In this document: in pieces, positions 18,073 to 27,581 of the stretch | Position numbering within the stretch: position 1 is the first letter of the stretch | How the letters are laid out: each line of letters opens with the position of its first letter | DNA from: Rhodobiaceae bacterium | Lineage (GTDB): Bacteria > Pseudomonadota > Alphaproteobacteria > Rhizobiales > JANQQB01 | Assembly (NCBI GenBank): GCA_028285165.1 | Contig: JANQQB010000142.1 | Location: 44,678-76,677, forward strand | Reading direction: 5' to 3' | Length of the DNA stretch: 32,000 bases | Notes under the pieces: model-generated | Databases searched by the model: none | What the model was told of the DNA's origin: nothing | Seen by the model: only the letters and a program-made list of their open reading frames with translations | Made by a program: the position numbers and the translations under genes

Positions 18073-19062
18073 ATGGCAGCAGAACGGCGCAGTCTCGACG
18101 TGCACCTGGCAACGCCGCGGGGTTTTTGTGCAGGTGTAGAGCGGGCAATCGACATTGTGGTTCTGGCGCTAGAGCGCTTCGGCCCACCGATCTACGTCCG
18201 ACACGAAATCGTGCACAATCGGCATGTCGTCGATGCCCTTCGCCGGCAGGGAGCGGTTTTTGTCGAAGAGCTCGATGCGGTCCCGGACGGGGCGCGAACG
18301 ATTTTCAGTGCCCATGGCGTAGCCCGGTCCGTCGAACACGAAGCGCGCCTGAAAAACCTTGAGGTCATCGATGCCACCTGCCCGCTGGTCGCCAAGGTCC
18401 ACCGGGGCGGGCAACGCTACGCCGCCAACGGGCATGCCGTCATCCTAATCGGACACGAAGGTCATCCGGAAGTGACCGGCACCGTCGGCCAAATCGACGG
18501 GCCGGTCCATATTGTCGGATCGATCGAGGACGCAGAGGCACTCCGTGTCGAAACGCCGGATCGCGTCGCCTACATCACCCAGACAACACTGAGCGTGCGC
18601 GACACGCGGGACATTATCGACGTCTTGAAACGTCGTTTTCCGGCAATTTCCGGTCCGGACACGCGCGATATCTGCTACGCGACACAGAACCGGCAAACGG
18701 CCGTCATGGCGCTGGCCGATCGTGTCGATACCCTGTTTGTCGTCGGTGCCTCGAACAGCTCCAACAGCAATCGGCTGCGCGAGATCGGTGAGGCAGCCGG
18801 CCTGTCAAGCTTCCTCGTCGATAACGCCCGGTCGATTCGGCCGAACTGGCTCGATGCGACCCGGCACCTTGGGTTGACCGCCGGGGCTTCGGCACCGGAA
18901 TCCCTGGTCCAGGATGTTCTCGGCTGGGTATCGGAACGGTTCGACGTCACCGTGCGGACGGTTGCCGGGCCGGTTGAAAACACCACATTCAGGTTACCGT
19001 CGATCTTTGCTGACGCGGACGACGCGCAGCGGTCCAAGACCTTGGCAGCACAGGACAGCTGA
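18073..19062 (+). CDS. ispH: 4-hydroxy-3-methylbut-2-enyl diphosphate reductase
   Basis: 329 aa with LytB/IspH motifs ([53 protein letters not shown]), including the three conserved Cys. Confidence 0.95.
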   Translation: MAAERRSLDVHLATPRGFCAGVERAIDIVVLALERFGPPIYVRHEIVHNRHVVDALRRQGAVFVEELDAVPDGARTIFSAHGVARSVEHEARLKNLEVIDATCPLVAKVHRGGQRYAANGHAVILIGHEGHPEVTGTVGQIDGPVHIVGSIEDAEALRVETPDRVAYITQTTLSVRDTRDIIDVLKRRFPAISGPDTRDICYATQNRQTAVMALADRVDTLFVVGASNSSNSNRLREIGEAAGLSSFLVDNARSIRPNWLDATRHLGLTAGASAPESLVQDVLGWVSERFDVTVRTVAGPVENTTFRLPSIFADADDAQRSKTLAAQDS

Positions 19063-19171
19063 CCACTGAAAGCCATCGCCCGCGACACGGGCACTGATTG
19101 CGCCGCGCGCGCAACATTGATAGGAGTGCGCGGAACTTCCGCCGAACCGTCAGGCAAAAAGCGAGAGCATT

Positions 19172-20287
19172 GTGGCTGTACCCGTCTTTCAACAATTCAA
19201 AGTCGGCATGTATGTCCTGAAACAACGGTTGTCGGGCCGTAAGCGGTATCCGCTGGTCCTGATGCTCGAACCGCTGTTTCGCTGCAACCTGGCCTGCGCC
19301 GGCTGCGGCAAGATCGACTATCCGAATGCGATCCTCAACCGACGCCTGACGCCTCAGGAATGCTGGGAAGCCGCCGAAGAATGCGGCGCGCCGATCGTTG
19401 CGATTCCCGGCGGCGAACCACTGATTCACAAGGATATCGGCGAGATCGTCGAGGGCCTCGTCAAGCGCCGGAAGTTCGTGTCGCTCTGCACAAATGCGCT
19501 GCTCCTGGAAAAGAAGCTCTCCCTGTTCAAGCCGTCGCCCTATCTGTTCTTTTCGGTGCACCTTGACGGGCTGAAAGAGCATCACGACAAGGCGGTCTGC
19601 CAGGATGGCGTCTTCGATAAGGCGATCAAGGCCATCAAGGCCGCGCAGGAGGCCGGTTTCCAGGTCAATGTCAACGCGACGATCTTTGACGGCTATCCGG
19701 CAGTCGAACTGGCAGACTTCCTCGACTACGCCACAGACATGGGTGTCGGCATCACGATTTCGCCGGGCTTTGCCTATGAGCGCGCGCCGGACCAGGAACA
19801 CTTCCTCAACCGGGCCAAGACGAAGAACTTCTTCCGCGACGTGTTCCGGATCGGCAAGGAACGCGGCCGCAAATGGAACCTTTCCCATTCCGCGCTCTAT
19901 CTCGATTTCATTGCCGGCAACCAGGAGTACCGGTGCACCCCCTGGGGCATGCCGACACGCAATGTTTTCGGCTGGCAACGTCCCTGCTACCTGCTCGGTG
20001 AAGGCTACGCCAAGACCTATACCGAATTGATGGAAACCACCGACTGGGACAGCTATGGCACTGGCCGGTACGAAAAGTGCGCGGATTGCATGGCCCATTG
20101 CGGCTACGAGCCGACGGCAGCGGTCGATGCGATGGCCAATCCGATCAAGGCGTTCTTCACGGCGTTGCGTGGGGTGCGGACGGAAGGGCCGATGGCGCCT
20201 GAAATCGACCTGTCGCGTCAGCGCAAGGCGGTCGACGTGCATGAAAAGCTCGTCAAGACCGAGTTAGACAAGCTGGACGCTGCGTAG
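19172..20287 (+). CDS. hpnH: Adenosyl-hopene transferase, radical SAM (HpnH)
   Basis: GTG start. N-terminus MAVPVFQQFKVGMYVLKQRL, radical-SAM CxxxCxxC (FRCNLACAGCGKIDY), and a C-terminal Cys-rich region (YEKCADCMAHCGYE), all typical of HpnH. Confidence 0.93.
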   Translation: MAVPVFQQFKVGMYVLKQRLSGRKRYPLVLMLEPLFRCNLACAGCGKIDYPNAILNRRLTPQECWEAAEECGAPIVAIPGGEPLIHKDIGEIVEGLVKRRKFVSLCTNALLLEKKLSLFKPSPYLFFSVHLDGLKEHHDKAVCQDGVFDKAIKAIKAAQEAGFQVNVNATIFDGYPAVELADFLDYATDMGVGITISPGFAYERAPDQEHFLNRAKTKNFFRDVFRIGKERGRKWNLSHSALYLDFIAGNQEYRCTPWGMPTRNVFGWQRPCYLLGEGYAKTYTELMETTDWDSYGTGRYEKCADCMAHCGYEPTAAVDAMANPIKAFFTALRGVRTEGPMAPEIDLSRQRKAVDVHEKLVKTELDKLDAA

Positions 20288-20935
20288 GATATTCGGCACC
20301 TCGGTATGAGCGGCGCGTTTGAGCGCGGCTTTGGCCGCATCGGTCTGTCGCATCAACCGGACCAGATCGAAAATTTCGCCCGGATTGTTGATCAGACCCC
20401 GCAGCACGCGTAGCGGCCGCGCACGGCCGCTGGCGTCGACGGCATCGGCGGCCGATTCGGGCAATGCCTGGCGCGCCGGGTCGCAAACGGCCCGCAGCAC
20501 GTAGAACGGTATTGTGCGTTCCTGGCAGACTTTCGCAATCCGGTGGCTCTCCATATCGACGATCGTCGCCCCGGTTTCCTGGTAAAGCCTGGCTTTTTCT
20601 TCCGGATCGGCGACCACCGTGTCGCGGCCGAGACCAAGCGGCGTCCGGATGACCTTTCGGCTGACGATGAAGGGGGAAATGCCCCAGATCTGGGTGTCAT
20701 GTTCGAGTTCGCTCGGCACGACCAGATTCCCCGGTCGCAGATCCGGGTCGAGCCCACCGCACAGGCCGAAGCTGAGCAGCCCTTTGGCGCCTTCGTCACA
20801 CAGGCGACGCGCTTCGCTTTCAGCCTGATCCGGGCGGGCGCCGGAGATTGCGATTCGCGCGGTGTCGGCGAAGCGGTAGCCCTTCAGGCAGTCCGCTTCC
20901 AGTTTCAGACCGCAGATTATTCCCAGAAAGCTCAC
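20264..20935 (-). CDS. hpnG: Hopanoid-associated phosphorylase/nucleosidase (HpnG, PNP_UDP_1 fold)
   Basis: 223 aa with a GTG start (20933-20935). Nucleoside-phosphorylase-like pattern (SFGLCGGLDP ..., GATIVDMESHRIA). It lies directly downstream of shc in the same orientation. Confidence 0.85.
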   Translation of the reverse strand: MSFLGIICGLKLEADCLKGYRFADTARIAISGARPDQAESEARRLCDEGAKGLLSFGLCGGLDPDLRPGNLVVPSELEHDTQIWGISPFIVSRKVIRTPLGLGRDTVVADPEEKARLYQETGATIVDMESHRIAKVCQERTIPFYVLRAVCDPARQALPESAADAVDASGRARPLRVLRGLINNPGEIFDLVRLMRQTDAAKAALKRAAHTEVPNILRSVQLV

Positions 20936-21049
20936 CGCCGGATCCGATTCTGTTCGGCCGTCGGATCGTCCGTTCGGGCCGCCGAAGCACTATACCAAAA
21001 CCGATCGCCTTTGTGCCCCTCGCCGGTGTAATCGCGCCGATCTTCGGCC

Positions 21050-22990
21050 TTACATTCCCCACATGACCGTCTTGTCGTTCGATGCTTTCAGCTTTTCGAA
21101 CCGGGCCATGGCCCATAACGGGAAGTAGGCGGCATAGCCGTGATATTTCAGATAGAAAACACGCGGAAACCCGGTTCCGGTCCAGTGCCGTTCCGTCCAG
21201 CGGGCGCCCTCTCGGTCGGCATGCTTCAGATAGGCGATTCCGCTTTTCACTTCGGGCGAGTCGAATTCGCCGGCCGACATCAGGCCGAGCACTGCCCAGG
21301 CCGTCTGCGAGGCCGTGGACGTCCGGGCGAAGGATTTGCGGTCCTCTTCGTATGTCTCCAGTCCTTCGCCCCAACCGCTGTCCGGCAATTGGCGCGCCTT
21401 TAGCCAATCAACGGCGCGACGGACATAGGGGGCCGACATGTCTTCCCCGGCTCCGTTCAGAGCGACCAGCACTGACCACGTTCCATAGACATAATTTGCA
21501 CCCCAGCGCCCGAACCACGATCCGTCTGCTTCCTGCTCGCGCTTCAGATAGGCGATGCCGCGTTCAATCGCGTCGCGGTAGCGCAGGCGATCGACCTGGG
21601 CGAGGCACCCTACACAGCGCGCCGTCACGTCCGCGGTCGGCGGGTCGAGCAAGGCGCCGTGATCGGCGAAGGGAATCGAGTTGAGGTAATAGTGCTCGTT
21701 TTCCGGCTCGAACGCGCCCCAGCCACCGGACGTGCTTTGCATGCCGACCAGCCATTCGCAGGCCCGATCGATTGCCTCGGTGTATTTGTCATCGCCCTGC
21801 CGGTGCATGGCGAGCGCCACGACGGCCGTATCGTCGACGTCCGGGTAATGGGGGTTTTCATACTGAAAGGCCCAACCGCCCGGCCGAACGTCGGGACGGC
21901 GCACCGTCCAGTCGCCGCGCATGTCGAGAATCTGCCGGTCCTTGAGCCAGTCGAGCATGCGCTCGACAGCCGGATCGTCCCTTTCGCCTGATTCCAGAAG
22001 GGCGTGGGCGGCAAGTCCGGTATCCCAGACCGGCGACAGGCAGGGCTGGCAATAGACTTCGTCACCCGCATCGATGACCAGTTTTTCGATGGCTCTGCGG
22101 GCGGTCTGCATTGCCTCATGATCGTCCGAATAACCGAGCACGCGCATTGCCATGACCGCGTTGGCCATGGCCGGGTAAATGGCACCCAGGCCATCCTCAC
22201 CGTTGAGCCGCTCCAGGAAGAAGGTTTCGGCCCGCGCAATCGCCCGGTTGCGAAGACTCTTCGGCGCGAACCGGTCGGCGACCTGAAGGATACGGTCCAG
22301 GCCGAGAAACAGGTCACCGACCCGGGATCCGGTCGGGTTGATGTTGTAGATCCGGTGCTCTTCGGGCGGTGTTTCGAACAATTCGCGGATATCAAGGCCC
22401 GTCGGATTTTTTGCAGCCGCCTTTCGGGCATAGAGAACGAGCAACGGGACGAGCACCGTGCGCGACCAATAGGCCATCTTGGAAATGTGAAAGGGAAACC
22501 AGGTCGGCAGGAACAGCATTTCCACCGGCATGACCGGCACGCCGCGCCACGGGATCTGACCGAACAGGGCCAGCATGAAACGGGTGAACACGTTGGCTTT
22601 CGCGGCACCGCCCTGTTTCAGGATCCAGGCCCGGGCTCGAACCATATGCGGCGCATCGATCGGATCGCCGATCAGCTTGAGCGCCCAATAGGCCTTGACG
22701 GTGGCGGAGATGTTGCCGTCGCCGTCGTGAAACAACGGCCATGACCCGTCCGGGTTCTGGATCCGGCGCACATAGCGGCCGATGCGCGTCTCTCGATCGG
22801 GCCGGATCTCTCCCAGGAAATGGTGCAGCAGCACGTATTCGGACGGAATGGTGGAATCGGCTTCCAGTTCAAAGACGATGTGTCCGTCGTCCTTTTGCAT
22901 GTCCAGAAGCCGCCGGCGCTGTTCGGCGATGACGGCATCGTTGTCGCCTGGCGCATCCTCCTGTTCCGAGCGGCCGGTCACGCTGTGCAT
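21050..22990 (-). CDS. shc: Squalene-hopene cyclase
   Basis: Catalytic DxDD motif (YPDVDDTAVVALAM) and multiple QW repeats (e.g. DGSWFGRWG, SGGWGAF, DSGWGEG). I place the start at Met106 of the track ORF (ATG 22988-22990, MHSVTGRSEQ). The 105-codon upstream extension is Arg/Cys-rich and overlaps hpnE. Confidence 0.95.
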   Translation of the reverse strand: MHSVTGRSEQEDAPGDNDAVIAEQRRRLLDMQKDDGHIVFELEADSTIPSEYVLLHHFLGEIRPDRETRIGRYVRRIQNPDGSWPLFHDGDGNISATVKAYWALKLIGDPIDAPHMVRARAWILKQGGAAKANVFTRFMLALFGQIPWRGVPVMPVEMLFLPTWFPFHISKMAYWSRTVLVPLLVLYARKAAAKNPTGLDIRELFETPPEEHRIYNINPTGSRVGDLFLGLDRILQVADRFAPKSLRNRAIARAETFFLERLNGEDGLGAIYPAMANAVMAMRVLGYSDDHEAMQTARRAIEKLVIDAGDEVYCQPCLSPVWDTGLAAHALLESGERDDPAVERMLDWLKDRQILDMRGDWTVRRPDVRPGGWAFQYENPHYPDVDDTAVVALAMHRQGDDKYTEAIDRACEWLVGMQSTSGGWGAFEPENEHYYLNSIPFADHGALLDPPTADVTARCVGCLAQVDRLRYRDAIERGIAYLKREQEADGSWFGRWGANYVYGTWSVLVALNGAGEDMSAPYVRRAVDWLKARQLPDSGWGEGLETYEEDRKSFARTSTASQTAWAVLGLMSAGEFDSPEVKSGIAYLKHADREGARWTERHWTGTGFPRVFYLKYHGYAAYFPLWAMARFEKLKASNDKTVMWGM

Positions 22991-23055
22991 CTCACGATCC
23001 TGTCTGAACGAACATGCTCTCGGGTCACCCCGTTTCTCCGGTGCCGCGCAGCGGC

Positions 23056-24333
23056 TTACGCCCGCGCAAGTGCGGCGTCGGCCGCCATCTCGCCGGAGCG
23101 TATCGCACCTTCTATTGTGGCAGGCAAGCCGGTGTCGACAACGTCGCCGGCCAGCATAAGGTTGGCAACAGGCGTGCGCGTGGCTGGTCGACGCACGATT
23201 GCCGCCGGCGACTGATCGAAAGTGGCGCGTTTTTCCTTGACGATGCGACCGGCGCGATAGGTGCAATCCGGGGCGAGATCGAGCGCCTGGCGGATTTCGG
23301 ACCAAAGGGCCGGCAGCATCGTTTCCTCGCCATCCCGGTCCAGGCCAAGCGCGCCGGCGGCGCTGATCGTGATGCTGATGACGTCATCGCGCCAGAAGAT
23401 CCACTGGGTCGATGCATTCAGAACGCCGAGGAAAGGCGGCGTTCGGTCCGGCAGGACAGCCTGGTCGACACCAAAATGCGCATTGACGATCACGCCGGCC
23501 GGTTCCGGACTGTCGAGGTCCGGCAACAGGGCACGCAATTGCGCGGGCGACACGGCAAGCACAACCGTCTCCTCCTCCGCAACCGATACCTCCGCCTCTC
23601 TGAAACGCAGTGTGGCGATCGCGCCGCCGGCAACGTCGAAACCGAGCAGTCTCTGTCCAAACCGAATCTCGCCAGCGCGTTCGCATACATAAGAAACGGC
23701 CGGACCAACAAATGCCGGGCCCAGTCCGGAACGGGTGAATTGCGGCACACAGCGCGCACCGCCCTTCAGGAAGGTCTCGCGGATCACTGTCCATAACAAT
23801 CGCGCGCTCGCCTGCTCAGGCGGCGCGTTCATGACCGCGAGCGTGAAGGGTTCCCAGAACCGGTCGGCCATGACGCCGCGACTCGGCACGATGTCTGCAA
23901 CCGACCGCTGCGGGCCGGCGAGCGCAAGCGCGGCGCCGCCAAGATAATCCGACAAGGTTGTTCCAGGGATCCGCCGGTCGGGCTTGAGGACCCACCAGGG
24001 CAACAAGCCGGTATTGGGCCGCACGGCCCAGCGTTCCCGTGTTGCAAGGTCGACGAAGGGAAACTCGGGGTCCGGATCGCCGGTCAGCGCGTCCCGGGCG
24101 CCGATCGTCTCAAGATACGCCAATGCCGAGTGGTTGCCGGACAGGACCAGATGATTGCCGTTGTCGATTGTGCGATCCAGACGGGCGACGAAATAGGAGC
24201 GGCAGCGGCCGCCGGCCTGCGCCGCGCCTTCATAGATCGACACCTTGCGGCCGGCCTCGGCCAGGCGGACCGCTGCGGACAAGCCGGCAAGCCCGGCGCC
24301 GATCACGTGACATCGGGGGCCCTCTGCCTGCAC
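23056..24333 (-). CDS. hpnE: Hydroxysqualene dehydroxylase, FAD-dependent (HpnE)
   Basis: GTG start. N-terminal dinucleotide-binding motif (VIGAGLAGLSAAVRLAEAGRKVSIYE) and an amine-oxidase/phytoene-desaturase-like length. Positioned between hpnD and shc. Confidence 0.88.
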   Translation of the reverse strand: MQAEGPRCHVIGAGLAGLSAAVRLAEAGRKVSIYEGAAQAGGRCRSYFVARLDRTIDNGNHLVLSGNHSALAYLETIGARDALTGDPDPEFPFVDLATRERWAVRPNTGLLPWWVLKPDRRIPGTTLSDYLGGAALALAGPQRSVADIVPSRGVMADRFWEPFTLAVMNAPPEQASARLLWTVIRETFLKGGARCVPQFTRSGLGPAFVGPAVSYVCERAGEIRFGQRLLGFDVAGGAIATLRFREAEVSVAEEETVVLAVSPAQLRALLPDLDSPEPAGVIVNAHFGVDQAVLPDRTPPFLGVLNASTQWIFWRDDVISITISAAGALGLDRDGEETMLPALWSEIRQALDLAPDCTYRAGRIVKEKRATFDQSPAAIVRRPATRTPVANLMLAGDVVDTGLPATIEGAIRSGEMAADAALARA

Positions 24334-24391
24334 TCAATACTCCCGCGCGATGGCTGTCTCGGCACAGGCGAGCATCCGTGAAGGGCGGGTT

Positions 24392-25288
24392 TCAGAACGA
24401 CCGGACAAATGCATAATCCAGTCCCCGGAAAAGCTTGACCGGTTTCGACATGGTGATCGGCACGATGGAGCGATCCCAGTCGGCAGCCTCCATCCGGTCG
24501 AGATAGCCCTCATACACACCCATCATCATCAGCGCCGGGCGCAATGGCCGGCGATCAAGCGTCTTCAGGGCAGCGCGTGCCGCTAGAAACTTTTGCCGCG
24601 CTAGTCCGCCAAGGTCGGCGCAGACCGCGACGATCTTCGGATGAAAGGCCGCTTCCTCCGGCGTGGCGAAGGGCACGTCATGTTTTTCCAGAAGATCGCG
24701 CGGCAGGTAGAGGCGCCCGATGCGGGCGTCTTCCTCGACATCTCGCAAGATGTTGGTCAACTGGAACGCATCGGCGAGGTCGCGCGCAAAGTCGTCGCGG
24801 GGCGCGCCTTCCGGCGCGCCAAAAATCCGCACCGACAGCAATCCGACGGTCCCGGCCACCCGCCGCGTATAGGCCATCAGCCGCTCAAGCTCCGGGGCAC
24901 GGATCGGACCGTCTGCATCCATCTCCATGCCCTCGATCATCAAGAGGAATTCCTCCTTCGGCAGGTCGAAGGCCGCGATCGGGTCCTGCAAGGCGCGTGT
25001 GTTCGGGCCGCGAGGCTGTCCGTCGAAGTGTGTTTCGATTTCATCACGCCAGGCATCCAGCAACCGCCGTTTTTCGGCCGTCGGCCAGTCGTCGTCGGCA
25101 ATGTCGTCGATCGTGCGGGCAAAGGCATAAATGGCGAACATCGCTTCGCGCCGCGGCCGTCGGAGGATGCGCATACCGAACGTGAACGACGATTTCGACC
25201 GCGCAACGACCCGCTCGGCGTAATCCTGCGGCGAGAGATTGCCGGCCGTGGCGGCCGGTGCCAGATCGTCGAGCGCAAGCGCCGTCAT
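24392..25288 (-). CDS. hpnD: Presqualene diphosphate synthase (HpnD)
   Basis: Squalene/phytoene synthase fold with Asp-rich motifs (YAFARTIDDIADDD; NILRDVEEDARIGRLYLP). I place the start at the ATG at 25286-25288 (MTALALDD), which overlaps the hpnC stop as ATGA. Confidence 0.9.
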   Translation of the reverse strand: MTALALDDLAPAATAGNLSPQDYAERVVARSKSSFTFGMRILRRPRREAMFAIYAFARTIDDIADDDWPTAEKRRLLDAWRDEIETHFDGQPRGPNTRALQDPIAAFDLPKEEFLLMIEGMEMDADGPIRAPELERLMAYTRRVAGTVGLLSVRIFGAPEGAPRDDFARDLADAFQLTNILRDVEEDARIGRLYLPRDLLEKHDVPFATPEEAAFHPKIVAVCADLGGLARQKFLAARAALKTLDRRPLRPALMMMGVYEGYLDRMEAADWDRSIVPITMSKPVKLFRGLDYAFVRSF

Positions 25289-26187
25289 CGGCCGGGTCTT
25301 TCCCGGGCGCGATCCGGGCGCGCACGGGTCAGTCCGTAGACCACACCCTTGACGATACACACGGCGAAATCGACCTTGGTCAATGCGACGCGTTCGGCGA
25401 GCGGATCGCCATGCCGCAATCGCCGGGACAGACGTTTGGCGAGGCAGACGATGGTCGCCGAATTGATCGCAAGGCGGGTATCGACAAGACTGTTCGGTAG
25501 GGTGTTCGCTGCGGCCAGCAGCCGGTTGCAGGCATCGAGCATGCGATCGACCACGCGGCGCATGGCCGGGTCGAGTCGACCTTCATCGAGCATTGCCAGA
25601 TTGGCCCCTTCGGCCTCCATCCAATCCAGTGGAATATAGACTCGGTCGAGGGCCTTGCGGTCGTCGCCGCAATCCTGCAGGTGGTTGAGGACCTGAAGAA
25701 CCGTGCACAGGGCATCGGACGCGGCGTATCCGTCAGGATCCTCTCCGTGCAAATCGAGCAGATAACGACCGACCGGATTGGCCGAGAGTTCACAGTAATC
25801 CAGGAGATCGCGCCAAGTCGCATACCGGGACTTGCGGGCGTCGGTGCGGAACGCTTCGAGGATGTCGCTTGCGTGTTTCGGCGTAACCCCGGTGAGCGCG
25901 AGGCTGTCGCGCAGCCGGACGGGTTTTTCCAGATGCGGCGCATCCGGCTGACCAAGCAGGGTGTTTTCAAACAGGTTCAGGCGCGCGATCTTCTGCACTG
26001 CCGTCAGGTCCGGATTGTCGGCAATGTCGTCGGCTGCGCGGGCAAAATCGTAGAAGCACTTCACATGGCTGCGGAACCGTTCGCCCAGGATGATCGACGC
26101 GACCGGGAAATTCTCGTCATCCTGATCCTTTCCGGACGGCGTTTCGATCGAACTCCGCGGATCGGTCTGCGATGTGTTTGCGAGCAT
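25285..26187 (-). CDS. hpnC: Hydroxysqualene synthase (HpnC)
   Basis: Squalene/phytoene synthase fold. The N-terminal ENFPVASIIL and FARAADDIADNP motifs are typical of HpnC. It is the first gene of the hpnC-D-E-shc order. Confidence 0.9.
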   Translation of the reverse strand: MLANTSQTDPRSSIETPSGKDQDDENFPVASIILGERFRSHVKCFYDFARAADDIADNPDLTAVQKIARLNLFENTLLGQPDAPHLEKPVRLRDSLALTGVTPKHASDILEAFRTDARKSRYATWRDLLDYCELSANPVGRYLLDLHGEDPDGYAASDALCTVLQVLNHLQDCGDDRKALDRVYIPLDWMEAEGANLAMLDEGRLDPAMRRVVDRMLDACNRLLAAANTLPNSLVDTRLAINSATIVCLAKRLSRRLRHGDPLAERVALTKVDFAVCIVKGVVYGLTRARPDRARERPGR

Positions 26188-26310
26188 CGGTACGGGAATG
26201 GCCTCTTCACCTCAATGCGGGCGCACCATAGACGCCGCTCCGACCCTTGACAATCGATCCGTAATATCTTCCGTGCACCCTGCCGGCGCAGTCTCAATAA
26301 GCGCCGCAGG

Positions 26311-27504
26311 ATGGGAGAAGACGGGTTGGAGTCGGTAGTGTTTTATGCAGCGGTCGCGTCGGTGCTGATCTGGGTCGGTCTGCTTATGTTCCGGGCCGGA
26401 TTCTGGCGCGCCGATCAGGTGCTTGATGACACCCTTGAAGGTGTCGGCCGCTGGCCGTCGATCGCCACGATCATTCCCGCGCGCAACGAAGCCGATACGA
26501 TCGAACGGGTTCTCGCCGCCCATGCCAAAAGCGATTATCCGGGCCAGTATTCGGTCATCGTGGTCGACGACCATTCCGACGACGCGACCGCGACGCTCGC
26601 AGAAAAGGTCAAGGCGGAAGTCAATCGCCCGGTCCACGTTGTTTCCGCCCCGGACCTGCAACCGGGCTGGTCCGGCAAATTGTGGGCGCTGAATGCCGGC
26701 CTCGACCGGTTGGAAGATCTGGTGCCGGATTGCCGCTACGTGCTTCTGACCGATGCCGATATCCTGCATCCGCCGGAAACGGCACGGGCGCTCATGGCCA
26801 AGGCCATCGATGACGACCTGGACCTGGTGTCGTTGATGGCGCTCCTGGATTGCCGCGGCGGATGGGCCCGCCTGCTGGTGCCGGCCTTCGTTTTCTTTTT
26901 CCAGAAGCTCTACCCGTTCCCGATGGTCAATGACGCCACGTCCCGCCAGGCCGGGGCTGCCGGCGGCTGTGTGCTGTTGCGTCGGGACGCGCTTGCCCGG
27001 ATCGGCGGCATTGCGGCCATCCGCGAAGCGCTGATCGACGATTGCGCACTCGCTGCCGCGGTCAAGGGCAACCCGCCGCGAAACCGCATCTGGCTCGGCC
27101 TGTCGCGCTCGGTGCGGAGCCTGCGCGACAATTCCGACCTCGATTCGATCCGCACGATGGTCGAGCGGACCGCGTTCACACAATTGCGCCATTCGACCTG
27201 GCTGCTGGCCGGTTGTCTCGCGGGCATGGTGCTGACCTATCTTGCCGGTCCGCTCGCACTTTTGTGGGGGCTATTGTCGGCATCGCCGGCGACGGCGCTG
27301 ACCGGCGCTGCTGCGTGGCTTCTCAGTGCCCTTGCCTACTGGCCGACCCTCAGGCTCTACGGCCAGCCAATCTGGTGGGCACTCACGCTTCCCGCCGCAG
27401 CCTTCGCCTACTCGCTGATGACCTTTTCCTCGGCATTCAAGCACTGGCGCGGCAAGGGCGGCCAGTGGAAGGGGCGGACGTATTCGGACTTGGCGCGGTC
27501 CTGA
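26311..27504 (+). CDS. hpnB: Hopene-associated family-2 glycosyltransferase (HpnB)
   Basis: N-terminal TM helix, GT2 motifs (IIPARNE, VVDDHSDD, LLTDADI) and C-terminal TM helices. Divergent from hpnC across 123 bp. Confidence 0.8.
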   Translation: MGEDGLESVVFYAAVASVLIWVGLLMFRAGFWRADQVLDDTLEGVGRWPSIATIIPARNEADTIERVLAAHAKSDYPGQYSVIVVDDHSDDATATLAEKVKAEVNRPVHVVSAPDLQPGWSGKLWALNAGLDRLEDLVPDCRYVLLTDADILHPPETARALMAKAIDDDLDLVSLMALLDCRGGWARLLVPAFVFFFQKLYPFPMVNDATSRQAGAAGGCVLLRRDALARIGGIAAIREALIDDCALAAAVKGNPPRNRIWLGLSRSVRSLRDNSDLDSIRTMVERTAFTQLRHSTWLLAGCLAGMVLTYLAGPLALLWGLLSASPATALTGAAAWLLSALAYWPTLRLYGQPIWWALTLPAAAFAYSLMTFSSAFKHWRGKGGQWKGRTYSDLARS

Positions 27505-27545
27505 GGCACCGTTACCAGCCACCGTATTCACTTCATTGCGGCTCT

Positions 27546-27574
27546 CCCTTGTTCAACTCCCTCCCGAACAAGGG
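27546..27574. terminator. Hairpin between convergent hpnB and lysR-type gene (possible bidirectional terminator)
   Basis: 9-bp stem CCCTTGTTC (27546-27554) / GAACAAGGG (27566-27574) with an 11-nt loop. It lies 42 nt after the hpnB stop and 8 nt after the LysR stop. There is no U-tract on either strand. Confidence 0.4.
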
Positions 27575-27581
27575 GATCGTC

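Noticed and set aside
22991-23305. 105-codon N-terminal extension of the shc ORF overlapping the 3' end of hpnE.
   Set aside because: The extension is Arg/Cys/His-rich and unlike SHC N-termini. The internal ATG at 22990 leaves a normal 65-bp gap after hpnE.
26247-26267. Perfect -35 hexamer TTGACA and near-perfect -10 TAATAT in the hpnC/hpnB divergent region.
   Set aside because: They are only 9 bp apart, far from the 16-18 bp needed for a sigma70 promoter. TAATAT alone might act as a -10 for hpnB, but the corresponding -35 (TCCGAC) is poor, so I make no promoter call.
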